Assembly (NCBI GenBank): GCA_013239625.1
Contig: MU056262.1
Coordinates: forward strand, 4,783,369 to 4,847,368
From: Lama guanicoe
Lineage: Eukaryota
DNA: 64,000 bases
Reading direction: 5' to 3'
Position numbers and translations under genes: made by a program. Positions 26,261 to 37,630 of this stretch are shown piece after piece (positions within the stretch are counted from its first letter, which is position 1; every line of letters begins with the position of its first letter). The notes below the pieces were generated by a model that saw nothing but the letters and a program-made list of their open reading frames with translations, was not told where the DNA came from and searched no databases.

Positions 26261-26897
26261 AGAATGCCTCTATCCTTTTATCCTCTAATGCATCAAAGTT
26301 GCTTTCTCTTCAATTTTTTGCTTTTTAAAATTAAGTTCAGATCTAGTGTTCTAAACTACAATGTTTGCTATATGATAATTATACTAAGAAACACAATCTT
26401 GAGTGAGCTGTCTACTGAAAACTTGATTCGATGGTTTGCTTTGACCTGTCCACAAGTACCAGAAGAATGAGTGACTAAGGACACAGTGGCAAGTATCCAA
26501 TATTCCAGTCAGATATACCACAAAAATGCATCCTCATGGGACTGGATATGAGAAATTCCACCCTAAAACAATGATACAACTCTTTCCCAGAAGGGTAGCA
26601 TGTTAATATATCAGTCCTTCCTTAAAGCCCTTGTTCTGTTCAACACTTTACAACTGGAAATACAATCCTAGGAGGACAGTGGCAGAATGGGTAAGGAGCG
26701 TAATGTTCACAGCCTTCCATCAGCATTAAGAATTTGTTTGGAATGGTTGAGGTAGGATCGGATAGCAAACGATCACAAGTTTTAGACTCATAAGGACTCT
26801 TGATTTGAACCACATTGCATTACTTTACAATTATATGACTGGATGATATTCTTAAACTCTGTTGTGTTCCTTCGTTGGTAAATCTGGGGAGAATATT

Positions 26898-26951
26898 TTA
26901 TATACATATATATACACACATATACATACACACACACACACACACACACAC
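26898..26951. repeat. (TA)n/(CA)n microsatellite
   Basis: Visible repeat. Confidence 0.9.
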
Positions 26952-27329
26952 TCACATGTAATTTCTCCCAAGAGGAAACATTTAACTTGGCTAACAGTCT
27001 CTCCGCATAGGAGGAACTAAGTCTGGCAGTTAGGACGGTCAGTGCATAAATCGAGCCAGTACAGAGTAGGGACACAGTATGTCCTTGTGGTCCTGCCTGG
27101 CCACAGAATAGTAACTGTCACTTCCAAATTGGTGGTTTTAGATATTTTGAAGACGTTATGATGTTTTCTAGGGGCAGATATTTTCTCATGGCAATGCTGT
27201 CCCTCTGTGATCTCACCTCTGACCATCTGTTCAGCGAAATCTCCTACTCCATTATCTCCATATTTATGTTATAGTCTTCATCCTCTAGTCATAAAAATTG
27301 AACAGTTGCATCAGAAATCTCCTTTAGTG

Positions 27330-27400
27330 TACACACACACACACACACACACACATATGCACAGGCTCACACAGCCATGCATGTACACACAGACACACAC
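27330..27400. repeat. (CA)n microsatellite
   Basis: Visible repeat. Confidence 0.9.
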
Positions 27401-27939
27401 AGCCTTCTGCTTTGACTTGAAGTACCCGTTCAGTCTCCTTGACCTCTGTGATTTCTCCAACCCCATAATCCCTAGACATTTTCAGCTCCTTTATCATGGC
27501 ATACTATCTTTTTTTTTTTCTGGGCCTTTGAACACCATGATACCACTGCCTTTCATGCTCTGCCCACAGCAATTTGCCTTACTATCCTTTAACACCCAAC
27601 TTAAACATTTCTTCTTCTGAGAGTTTTTTTTTTTCAAGCTTCCAGACAAGATTAGATTTTCTTGTGTTGATTTGTAGAGCATGATGTCCTTGCCTTCTCC
27701 ATAGTAATCCTCACTGCTGCTCTTTTTCTAGAGCTTATATTTCAGGCAAGGTGAACATTAAAGGGGAAGAGGACACACATTCTCATTTATGACTCTGTCC
27801 ACAATGCCCAACACAATTTCTGTCACTGCAAGAGAGAGATATCTTATATGCATTTGCTAAATGAAAAGAAAATTCCTTGTTCCCATAACTGTTTTCCTCT
27901 CTGCTTTGTAGTGTATCTCCGTATATCAATAGTAAAAAC

Positions 27940-28180
27940 TAATTTTTGCTGACTCCTTGCTATATTCCAGGCATTGGGCTATCTGCTTTTCATGCATCAC
28001 CTCAATTAGTACTCACAGTATTTCCATGAGTTAATTTCCCAATTTATTAAATGACAAAATCTATTATTTTCTAAGACCTGAAGGAAATAAACATTTCAGG
28101 GTCACACAGTTAGTGAAATACAGAGCTGTTACTTGAACCGAGGCAAAGTGACAACAGAGAGTCTCATTTTAGGCTACTAC
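27940..28180 (-). mobile_element. MIR SINE
   Basis: ttccaggcattgggcta…agggtcacacagttagtgaaatacagagctgttacttgaacc. Confidence 0.75.
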
Positions 28181-28504
28181 TAAAGCACTAGCTAACATTT
28201 CGAGGACAAGCTCACGAGATACACTTAGAAAGAGCCATCTAACTAAACAACTCACAGAAGAGTCCAGAGCTTCAGAAACTAAATGAGATAATAAATAGAT
28301 GTTGTTCTAGGCTTCCGAAGTTGGGGGTAATTTATTACACATCAGTAGATAACTCACACCATCTCAAACCCGAATTTTGGCCTTTGATCATCTGTAAAAG
28401 AATCCAATATTATTGTTTTTTTCCTTCCCCATTTTTTCTTTCAGACTTCCTCTATTAATTCCATCTTTCCTTCTCTTTCTTCTTCCATGTATAAAAAGAA
28501 GGAT

Positions 28505-28615
28505 TCTTTATTGTGGTAATCATTTTACAATATATGTGTCAAGTCATTATGCTGTACACCTTAAACTTATACAGTGCTGTATGCCAATTATATCTTGATA
28601 AAATTGAAAGAAAAC
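28505..28615 (+). mobile_element. Short L1 3' terminus (L1MA9-related lineage)
   Basis: ttgtggtaatcattttacaatatat…ctgtacaccttaaacttatacagtgctgtatgccaattatatct. Confidence 0.8.
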
Positions 28616-29145
28616 AATGGTCTCAAATTCCTCAAAATATCAGAACTTTCTTTTCTCCGAACCATGAGGAATTTTAAAATTAAGATGGCACCTTGATAAG
28701 CTGACTACTGTAATAATGTACTGACCAGGACTGAAATGATGTTGTCCTGCAAAGAAGACCCTCATTAAGAACAAAAGATAAACTGCTTTCTTGATCTTAT
28801 ATAATTTCCAGTGCAAGGAAGAATACACAGCAAGGGACAGAGGCTAATTTGTTCAGATCCAGAAAACTGCAGGGAGATAGGTTACTAAAGGTAGCTTCTA
28901 TTATATACAAATTGATAACTCCTACTTTGAAACAAAGTCTTAGTTACATGACACAGTTTTCTGTTCGTCCTCTCTCTGTGTAAACTATATTACAATCTAC
29001 AAAGAAATAATGTAGTTCGTGTTTATCTTTCATCTGTTTTTAAACTGATTTATTGATGTATCATTTTATAGGGACAATGAGTAGATAGCCAAAATGTACA
29101 TTGACAGGCACTTCTCACTTCCTGTTTAATCTATACCATGTGATT

Positions 29146-29240
29146 GATTGATTGATTTTTAAACTGAAGTACAGTCAGTTACAATTTGTCAATTTCTGGC
29201 ATATAGCACAATGTCCCAGTCATGCATATACACATATATA
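29146..29240 (-). mobile_element. Younger, heavily 5'-truncated L1 3' end (camelid-type), tail decayed to (TTGA)n
   Basis: tgaagtacagtcagttacaat…tcaatttctgg…agcacaatgtcccagtcatgcatata recalled from camelid L1 3' ends; GTGATT at 29140 and 29241, right copy followed by TTTT/AA. Confidence 0.7.
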
Positions 29241-29429
29241 GTGATTTATTTTAAAAGGGAGAACATTAAGGTTAATCTGCAGGAAACGAACTCCTTAACA
29301 GATCACATATCTCGTTTCTATGCTGACAACAAATGATACCAATATACATTCTATGATATTCTTATCTATCCCCACAAACACTGTCATTGTGCAAATCCAA
29401 ATAGATCTATGTTATGTTGCATTAGGGTT

Positions 29430-29610
29430 CATGTCTTGTTTAAGAGCTAAGGCTCCACTATGAGGCAGATCTGTGTTAAACCTTACTGCGTGACCATGAA
29501 AAATCTGTATTACCTCTCTGAGTCTCAGTTTTTCCCAAAAGATTATAAGGTATTATTTTCTTCACTTTGCAGTGGTTGAAAAAACTAAGATAATGACCTA
29601 TAAGGTGCTA
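29430..29610 (+). mobile_element. MIR SINE
   Basis: ttactgcgtgacc…ttacctctctgagtctcagttttt. Confidence 0.75.
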
Positions 29611-31344
29611 ATTTATCTTATGTCCTCTGTTTAATAATTAGGAAGCAGAAAATACATATTAGTTTTTCACTACTAAGAAATGCAGTGGGGATCATTTGAT
29701 TTTGGAACTTTCACCAGGTTATTCCATTTATTTATTCATACATTGCCATGGACTCTTTGTTGTCCATGATACAATTAATCATCAGTCTCCCCTACAAGAT
29801 GAGCTCATGGAGGGCACAGTCTCCTTAATCACCTTTGGATCCAGGGCATCTTGTACAGTACTTGGTGCCCAACTACAATGATAAATGATCTGACAGATGT
29901 TTGGGAAGCTTTCCATGAGCACTCAAAAATAGAAGCTATTGATTCTACCTGGTGGCTTGGCTGGGATGCAGGAAAGTGAAGAATATCAGAGACATTTTCC
30001 AAAGATGATGACACTAGAGCTGAGTCTAAAGTAGGCAAGGCTTGAGGCTCCACAATGTGACAATCCTCAGCTGTGAACTAGTGACTTTTTCCCTCTTACT
30101 CAGAGGCATACATTTCTTAGGAATTGACAACATGGTACAGAATGAAAGCAGCTAAAGTTGACCCGTTAGAATGTTGACTTTAACTAAATGTGTGTAGCCA
30201 AAGATGAATTGATGTGAATGATAGTGTAACAGAGGAGGTAAGTAATTCTAATTTATCTTATGTGACTAAAATATCATTAAATACAGATCTGTTAATTAAT
30301 CTCATTGATATAAACAGAAGAGGCAGAGAAACTGAGCCAGGCTGTAGCAAGAAAGTTCACTTCTAAATGCTTCTTCACACTGTTTTGAGCCACCCAATTA
30401 AGTGGAAAACCAAAAAGGTCTAATTATCAAAATACCTTTGTCCTGTAATTAGAAATACATATTTGCTACAAGTGTCCAACACATGAGGTTAGATTATCAT
30501 TTGAAAGTTGAATAAAGTTAAAGTTATTAACACTTGTGGGGAAAAAATGCAAACCAGAGTGCTGTCCAATGTTAATGTTCATTGCAAAATGTGAAAATAT
30601 CCTAAAGTCATTCTGGTGAACACAAACATACTTGGACTTTTTCCATATATTTATTTCCTACAGAACCCTTGACTAACAGATGTGTCTTGTGTCAATTTAA
30701 ATAACAGCAACATTTACTGTCAAGGCAACTGAGATTGGGGATTGAGATCAACTCTACCTGATTTCTCCATATAGAATGGCAACAGCTACAGGGAGACATC
30801 CTTTTCTAGTCATATCCTTTTAATCTCTCTCCTGATTCCCTCTGCCGGCTCCACCCCCACCCCAACCCTTAGGCACCCCCTCCCCTCTATTTCTGTGTCC
30901 TTATCATCAAGAGGAGGACAAGGAAAGGGCAAAAAACCCTCACAGCATAGGTGCTATGTCTCCCTCCTTACTCCATTGATGCTGATGAGATAGGACAAGC
31001 AATTATTCCAGAGGCCCTTAGATGGCATGAAACACAAAATCCTGGCCACCCAGCACATCAGTCAGCAGGATTAACCCTTGAGGGTCCAGACTATCTTTAC
31101 AGTGACAGCAACAAGTAAAGTAACTTCTCTCCATCAAAATACAAGAAAAATAATTTTATTTAATGCTTCAAGTTTTTAAAAGATAAAAACATAAGGCTGA
31201 TAGAAATGGAGACATGGGACAGTTAAAAAAAATCACTGGAAAATAGAAATCTTCAAACCTTTATAGACTGTGAAGCACAAATAAGAAGGCATGAAATAGT
31301 ATAGTTTTTCCAATTCGTGTTATAAATATAATACAAACAATTAG

Positions 31345-31525
31345 AAACTTCTCAAAGTGTAGTTCAAGGACAGTCCACTTCAGAATCATTCAGAGTGCTC
31401 TGTAAGAAATACAAATTCCCATGCCACCACAAAATAACTCTGCTTCAGAAGATTATCTTCTGGGAACATGTATTTTTCAAGTTCCCAGGAGGATTATTAA
31501 CCACACGGAAGTATAGGAAGCACAA
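31345..31525 (+). mobile_element. MER5B-like hAT-Charlie MITE
   Basis: cttctcaaagtgtagttc…tcagaatca…aaatacaaattccc…atttttcaagttcccaggaggatt. Confidence 0.75.
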
Positions 31526-32458
31526 CTATAGATAGAATTTGGAAGTCAAAATTAGAGCAAGGTGTTCTAGCAAAGCAGGAACTGGGCCAAATGCTATACT
31601 TTATCATCCATCCATATTGAGTTAAGTCTGAGTTCGCGTGAACATACAATGCTATGGTGGCTGGCAAAATATATTTTGAACTTGCACATAAAAATCTGAA
31701 GCCAAGTTGGTATTTGACCATGCCACAGGCCACAGCTGGGTGTCTTCAGCCTGAGAGATGCTTCAGTAAGACTCCACACAAAATATTTGATAAAATTTTA
31801 TTAAGGTTGAGCTGAGATTAGTGCCTTCTCTGCACACAAAGACTCAGAAGTGAGGTTATTCAAGCTTTCGGCTAAATTCTAAAGGTCAAAAACCACTTTC
31901 CTGTTTAAGTGAATCTAATTCTCTTCAGAAATTCTCCATTTTCTTTCAGACAGGGCTTTGGTTCCGCATTATCATTTCACTCAGAAATCATCCTTTCCAC
32001 TCAAGAATTTGGAGACAACACCTCTGTGAAAATGTGCCAGATGTAGCTTTTATCCCCCTCCTATGATTAATTTTGTGGTTGTTTTTTTTATGTTACTGGA
32101 CACAGAAGTTTGGGTGTCTAGAATATGTATTTTCTTTTTAATGTGTAGGGAAACAAGAAAACTCCCAGCTCTCTTTTCAGCCCCAGAAAAAGCACAGCCT
32201 AGAATAATACATTCATTGTTTTACAGATGGAAAGTATTTGATGGTGTCTGAGGAATACATCGTGCCAGAATGAAAATGAGGCTGTGAAGGAAATGGAATG
32301 AAAAATAGGTTTGTTTTGGTCACCCAGAAGCAAAACCTATCACACACAGTCACACAGACACACCTAAAACCTAGCAGCCACTTTATACTGATCCCTGACA
32401 CCAAAACAAAATAAAGATGGAACTTCAGGGGAATAAGACAAAGAGAAGGAGTAGAAAT

Positions 32459-32748
32459 NNNNNNNNNNNNNNNNNNNNNNNNNNNNNNNNNNNNNNNNNN
32501 NNNNNNNNNNNNNNNNNNNNNNNNNNNNNNNNNNNNNNNNNNNNNNNNNNNNNNNNNNNNNNNNNNNNNNNNNNNNNNNNNNNNNNNNNNNNNNNNNNNN
32601 NNNNNNNNNNNNNNNNNNNNNNNNNNNNNNNNNNNNNNNNNNNNNNNNNNNNNNNNNNNNNNNNNNNNNNNNNNNNNNNNNNNNNNNNNNNNNNNNNNNN
32701 NNNNNNNNNNNNNNNNNNNNNNNNNNNNNNNNNNNNNNNNNNNNNNNN
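32459..32748. other. Assembly gap (290 N)
   Basis: Run of N in sequence. Confidence 0.99.
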
Positions 32749-32999
32749 TCTCTCAGCATGCATGGGTGCATGGGGATTATTTGTAACAGAATTTAAGTCT
32801 AGGAGCCAAGTTCCTCAGCCATAAGTCTAGAATACTAATTCTTCCTTTTTCATCCCCTCTATCAGACCCATGGCATTCACAGTATCATCGGAGGAACTGG
32901 GACAAGGATTCAGAATTTTTAATCCAAAAGTCTGGAATAATGGAATAATGAAGGGGTCAAACCTGCAGAGGAAGGGTCAGGAAATTCTTGGACATTTTC

Positions 33000-33486
33000 T
33001 GCTTTATTGACCTTTCAGAATTCCAACTTTTTCTTCCTGATGCTACTCTAGCCTCCCTTAGGGGAACCACAACATTGAATCTAATCTCGGTGGGAAATGT
33101 TTTCAATGTCCTGCTTCAAAATGCCCAGATGCCATGCTCTCCCTGACACTACATACGGGTATCCAGCATCCATGCGCGGAACATCAAATTCTGTCTTTCA
33201 GAAATGTGAATCTTGAGCAGGAAACACGGGGGAATTCGGAGTCTGCAGGTATTCATTTCAGTGACAGTGGAGGCTTGCACCGGAATGTCCTCTTATCTGA
33301 GCTTTGAAGGTGTTACTGCTCCCTGCATCCCAAAGTTACTTCATTATTCGCATATTGAGCTTTGCTTTCTCTCTCCATCTATTTCTTAGTTGAAAGCTGA
33401 TGTTTGTCCCCCTGAATTATGGTTCTCATATCTGCCCGTTCTTATATGGGGTACTGCTACCTGAAGCCAAGACCATGACTGAAACA
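33000..33486 (+). mobile_element. Old ERVL-type solo LTR (LTR16/LTR67-like)
   Basis: gaaatgtgaatcttgagc internal motif and …gccaagaccatgactgaaaca terminus; highly diverged. Confidence 0.45.
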
Positions 33487-33624
33487 GCTTTGGAGGCACA
33501 TTTGTAATTTACTCCATACCTAATTTAGCCCATTCATTCCTCTTGCCATCAATTCTGACTCTAGTTTCTCAGGACAAGTTGACTGTCTTCCCAACTTTCA
33601 CCCCTCTGCTTTCATTGATTCGAA

Positions 33625-34010
33625 TTGACTTCAGTTGGGATTCCACTTGGCAGCAAGTAGGAAAACAAAACCCTACTAAAATGATTTAAACAAGCAAGGG
33701 ATTTATTTATTGCCCACAACAATAAGTCCTAGAGCAAAAATTCTAGAGCTTGTGTGGTGATTCAGTGATGTCAACCATGGCTTAGATCTTTCTATTTTGT
33801 TCTACACCCCTTAGCACATATGCTTCCTCTCGGTGCTCACATGTCAACTGATATCCCTCCAAGCATCCTGTTTATTTTAAAGGTGGGAGGAAGGGAAGAA
33901 ATGGCTCCCAGCTGTATGGAAGTGAGAAGGTATTTTAATCAGGGAACATTACTGTCTTGAAAAAAATACAAGTTTAAGTAAGCTAGAAGAAGACAACAAT
34001 GGGTATAACC
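33625..34010 (-). mobile_element. MLT1J/K-type MaLR LTR
   Basis: cagcaagtaggaaaac…atttaaacaagcaagggatttattt…aataagtcctagag. Confidence 0.65.
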
Positions 34011-34304
34011 CTTACAGATTCTGAGCGGTAATTTTTGCCCCATCTCATGCTACCTACTTATGAAGTAACAGTCTTGCGAGGAATCTTTCCCTGACATAGC
34101 CCTGACACTTCAACGTCCACCTCACACACACACACACTAAAGCCACACAAACTTCCTTTTGGGACCTCTTCTGATTTTCATTCTTGTCCTGACTAGTGGC
34201 ACAAGCAATACGGCAGGCACTGTGCTGACTGAGGCAGATAGCCCCCAGCTGATGTCCCACACACACTACTACAATAGCCTGCTAATATTTCTTCAGTGAG
34301 TTAG

Positions 34305-34652
34305 TGCCTTAGTCATCTCGGGCTGCCATAACAAAACTGAGTGACATAAACAACAGAAACTTATTTCTACAGTTCTGGAGGCAGTAAAATACAAGATCAA
34401 GGTGCCAGCAGATTTGGTGTCTGGTGAGAATCCGCTTCTTGGTTCATATGGCCATATTCTCCTGGTGTCATCACTTGGCAAAAGGGGCAAGAGAGCTCTC
34501 TGGGGTCTCTTTTATAAGGGCACTAATCCCACTTACGAGGGCTCCACCCTCAGGTCCAATCACCTCCCAAACTCCTCGCCTCCAAACATCACACTGGAGG
34601 CCAGGTTTCAGCATATGAATTCTGGGGGGAGACAAACATTCAGCCTACAGCA
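34305..34652 (-). mobile_element. MLT1A/MLT1A0 MaLR solo LTR with 5-bp TSD (GTTAG/GGTAG)
   Basis: TG…CA ends; gggctgccataacaaaa…aagatcaaggtgccagcagatttggtgtctggtgag…tataagggcactaatccca. Confidence 0.92.
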
Positions 34653-34694
34653 GGTAGTAGCTATACAATTGCCACATATTTTATGTGGTTCAGG

Positions 34695-34920
34695 CAGCTC
34701 CCTGCAGTGTTAAGTACATGGATTTCAGTTGACCAACATGAGTTTGAATTAAAGGCAGAGAAAAGTACAGTTAGGTGAATTATTGAATCTCTTTGAAGTA
34801 CCATTTCTGTACCCGTTAAATGGGGCAAACAGTCCCTACCAACAGGGCTGCAGTGAGTTACAAATATAGGATGGCATGTGAGGTATCTAGCACAATGCTG
34901 CACACAAACTGGGTTCTAAA
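34695..34920 (+). mobile_element. MIR SINE
   Basis: gttaaatggggcaaacagtccctaccaacagggctgcagtgag. Confidence 0.7.
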
Positions 34921-36029
34921 TACACTCTTAGACAAAAGTGGACAACTTCCTCATAAGTCAGACAGTGAGTCACATATGCAAGGACTTTCATCCACTCAAG
35001 TCAGTTTAATCTGACTAAATTCTACTAATGTACAAAGATTTAAATCTTCCATCGTACTCCACAGAAAGCATTTCTTGGCTTCCTGTGGAGCCATTTGAGT
35101 CTGCACTTAAAAATAACTCTGTATTTCTGTCTCCAGAACAAGGCTTTGAGCCTTGTATGGACTCATTATTTACCCACAGCATTTAACATAATGTCTGGTA
35201 CGCTGCATCTCTTCCATGAATGCCTCTGTGACTGAATGTAAATATCCTATTCACAAATACTCTGCTAACAATAATACATTAAGCCCCAGTATATTCATGT
35301 GTAAACAAATGGTAAGAAAAAAAGTTCCACAGTATTGTTGTGAGGAATGAATAAAAGAAAAAAAGGCATGTAAAATTCAAAGCATGGTTTCTGGGACTCA
35401 ATTAATTGCTACTTTCTCTTAGCTTTAATTGTTAAGCCAATACACTGAATGTATTAAATTTATAAATGGACTCTCACCATTGAACCATATTACTTAAATG
35501 TTAAAGCCCACCACTTATGCAATAAACTCACTGACCAATGTCAGCTTCTAAAATACTCGGTATTAATGACTTTAGCTGTCTTAGAGAGGGGTCACAAATA
35601 CTTAAAATATACCTTCCACTTAAGCCTGTGCATCAGATGGTGTGTCCACTGATAGGTCCACCTATTCCTCCAAAAGTTTACAACATCTAAAATCAATTGA
35701 ACATGAACTCTGTCAAATTCTAGTTCCATTTTAAGAAATTTAGACATCTGAAACATAACAAATCAAAACACGCTTTGAAAAACATGAGATATTTCATATT
35801 ACGTTTGCTTCATATCTCCAGTAAAATATCAGGGTAGGGAAAAAACTGGAATTTATGAATTCCTATGATCTCTTTCCAAATACAAATAATTAATTTAATT
35901 AAGGTTATTTAGTCCTTTCCTTTCATCTTTCAAACTTTTTAGAAATTTTATCCCTCTGGCTTGTGTAATCATAAAATCCAGTAGGTTATGTGGTTTATTT
36001 AGGCAAATTCTGATTATTTTCCACTTTAA

Positions 36030-36520
36030 AATATTTATATTCTTTAACCCAATAATCCCATTTCTAAGAATTGATCCAAAGATAAATATCAGAGATGCCA
36101 ACATAGATTTGTATTTTAAAAATGTCCTTTAAAAATGCATTTTGTTTGTATCTATTTATTTCACTACAGCATATAGAGAGAATATTTGGAACATTGTTAA
36201 GTAATTTATAGTAAGATCACAAGATGAGTCATTATGTAGGCATTTAAATTTATGTTTGTGAACATTATTTTAATGATTTGGAAAAAAAACTTCATGAGAC
36301 ATTTGAGTAAAAAAAGCAAAATATAAATTTTATATAGTTTCAATTGTACTGTATATGTCATTTTGATTGCATAGGAAAAATACTAACAGAACAAATACTG
36401 TAATATTAACTGCTATTGTAATTTTTTAATTGATAGAATTATGATTGATATTAATTTGTATATGCTTTCTGCATTTTCTACAATGAGTATATTTTACTTT
36501 TATAATAAGAAAAATAAACA
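36030..36520 (+). mobile_element. L1ME4-like 3' end
   Basis: tttaacccaataatcccatttctaagaatt…ttttctacaatgagtatattttacttttataataagaaaaataaa. Confidence 0.75.
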
Positions 36521-37269
36521 CTTTGATGACACTGGTTAGATTCATAATGAACATATTAAAATAAATTTCCTTTTTTTTTTTAATAAGGGCCTTTTAGAGA
36601 ATAGAGAATTCTCTACAGCAGAGAGAAGCTTCTGTATTACAAACTGATGAAAGTTCAAGTGATAGAAGTTCAAACTTTCTAGATTAAACACAGTTTGACA
36701 AAACTCGTGATCATTTTTTCCAAACTAGACTTCCAAAAAGATCTATGATCTCTTACCTTCGCAATGATCATATATAAGACAAACAATGTGTCATCTTGGT
36801 TGTTTTTTATCATATTCAAGATGATTTACTAGAATGTGTAGATTTTGTACTTAGTGCCAGAGATTGCTGTCCAATTTTGGAAATCAATTGCTATTTTTAT
36901 ATCAATATTGAAGCAGTGCCCAACCTGCAGGAATCTTTAATTGCTCTTGAGTTTTTTACAACCCTTCCTCTAATACAAGGTCTGGATTTCATTTTCATGA
37001 TGGAGTTTTGTTGTGCAGTCTCGGGTGGCCTTTTGCCATGGCCATTACTTACTGCTTTTACTCATCTCTCTATTTCTGATTTTATTCCTTTTGGACTTGA
37101 TTTCTTGCTGCTCCTGACACCTGCTCCAGCCTGATGAACTGACAGCTCCAATTGTAAATCTCGCCCTGATGCTTTCCTTTCCCCGGGATGGAAAACAGTG
37201 TGTTCCAATGGGTTATAACATTTTAGCAAACATCAGGAATCCTGTCTTTCTCACTTTGGAACTCTATTG

Positions 37270-37630
37270 TTTAGAAATAGACATGCTGTTCCCTTTGTCT
37301 GGTAAACCTTGCCCTATATGACTCTCCCTCCTTTCAGCTGGCTGACTTTCACCCTTCCAACAAGCTCAATTCAGGTGACATCTCCTCAAGGCAACCACCC
37401 TGACACTCTCTCCAGTAATATTCCCAGCCCTGTCCAAAGGCTAGGTTATATGGTCTGCTCTATGTTTCTATAGCTCCCTGTGCTCCACTCCATCAGCACA
37501 CCACCCCTACTAAAATCACTTGTATCTCTGTGTCTGTTTCTCATGACTAACAATTGTTTTCTCTTTCTCCACTTCACACACAGCAAATACTTAATAAGTA
37601 TTTATTGAATAAATGGCCAATGAATGAAAT
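37270..37630 (+). mobile_element. L2 3' end
   Basis: catgctgttccctttgtctgg…ctcaattcaggtgacatctcctc…aataagtatttattgaataaatg. Confidence 0.75.

Noticed and set aside
27207-27620. 137-aa ORF with HTHTHT run
   Set aside because: Translation of a (CA)n microsatellite and L2 remnant
36757-36924. 168-nt minus-strand coding exon candidate (CAG…GTAAGA)
   Set aside because: Stop codons in all three frames and a weak polypyrimidine tract
36796-37134. 112-aa hydrophobic ORF
   Set aside because: Non-ATG start, no recognisable domain, composition expected from T-rich DNA
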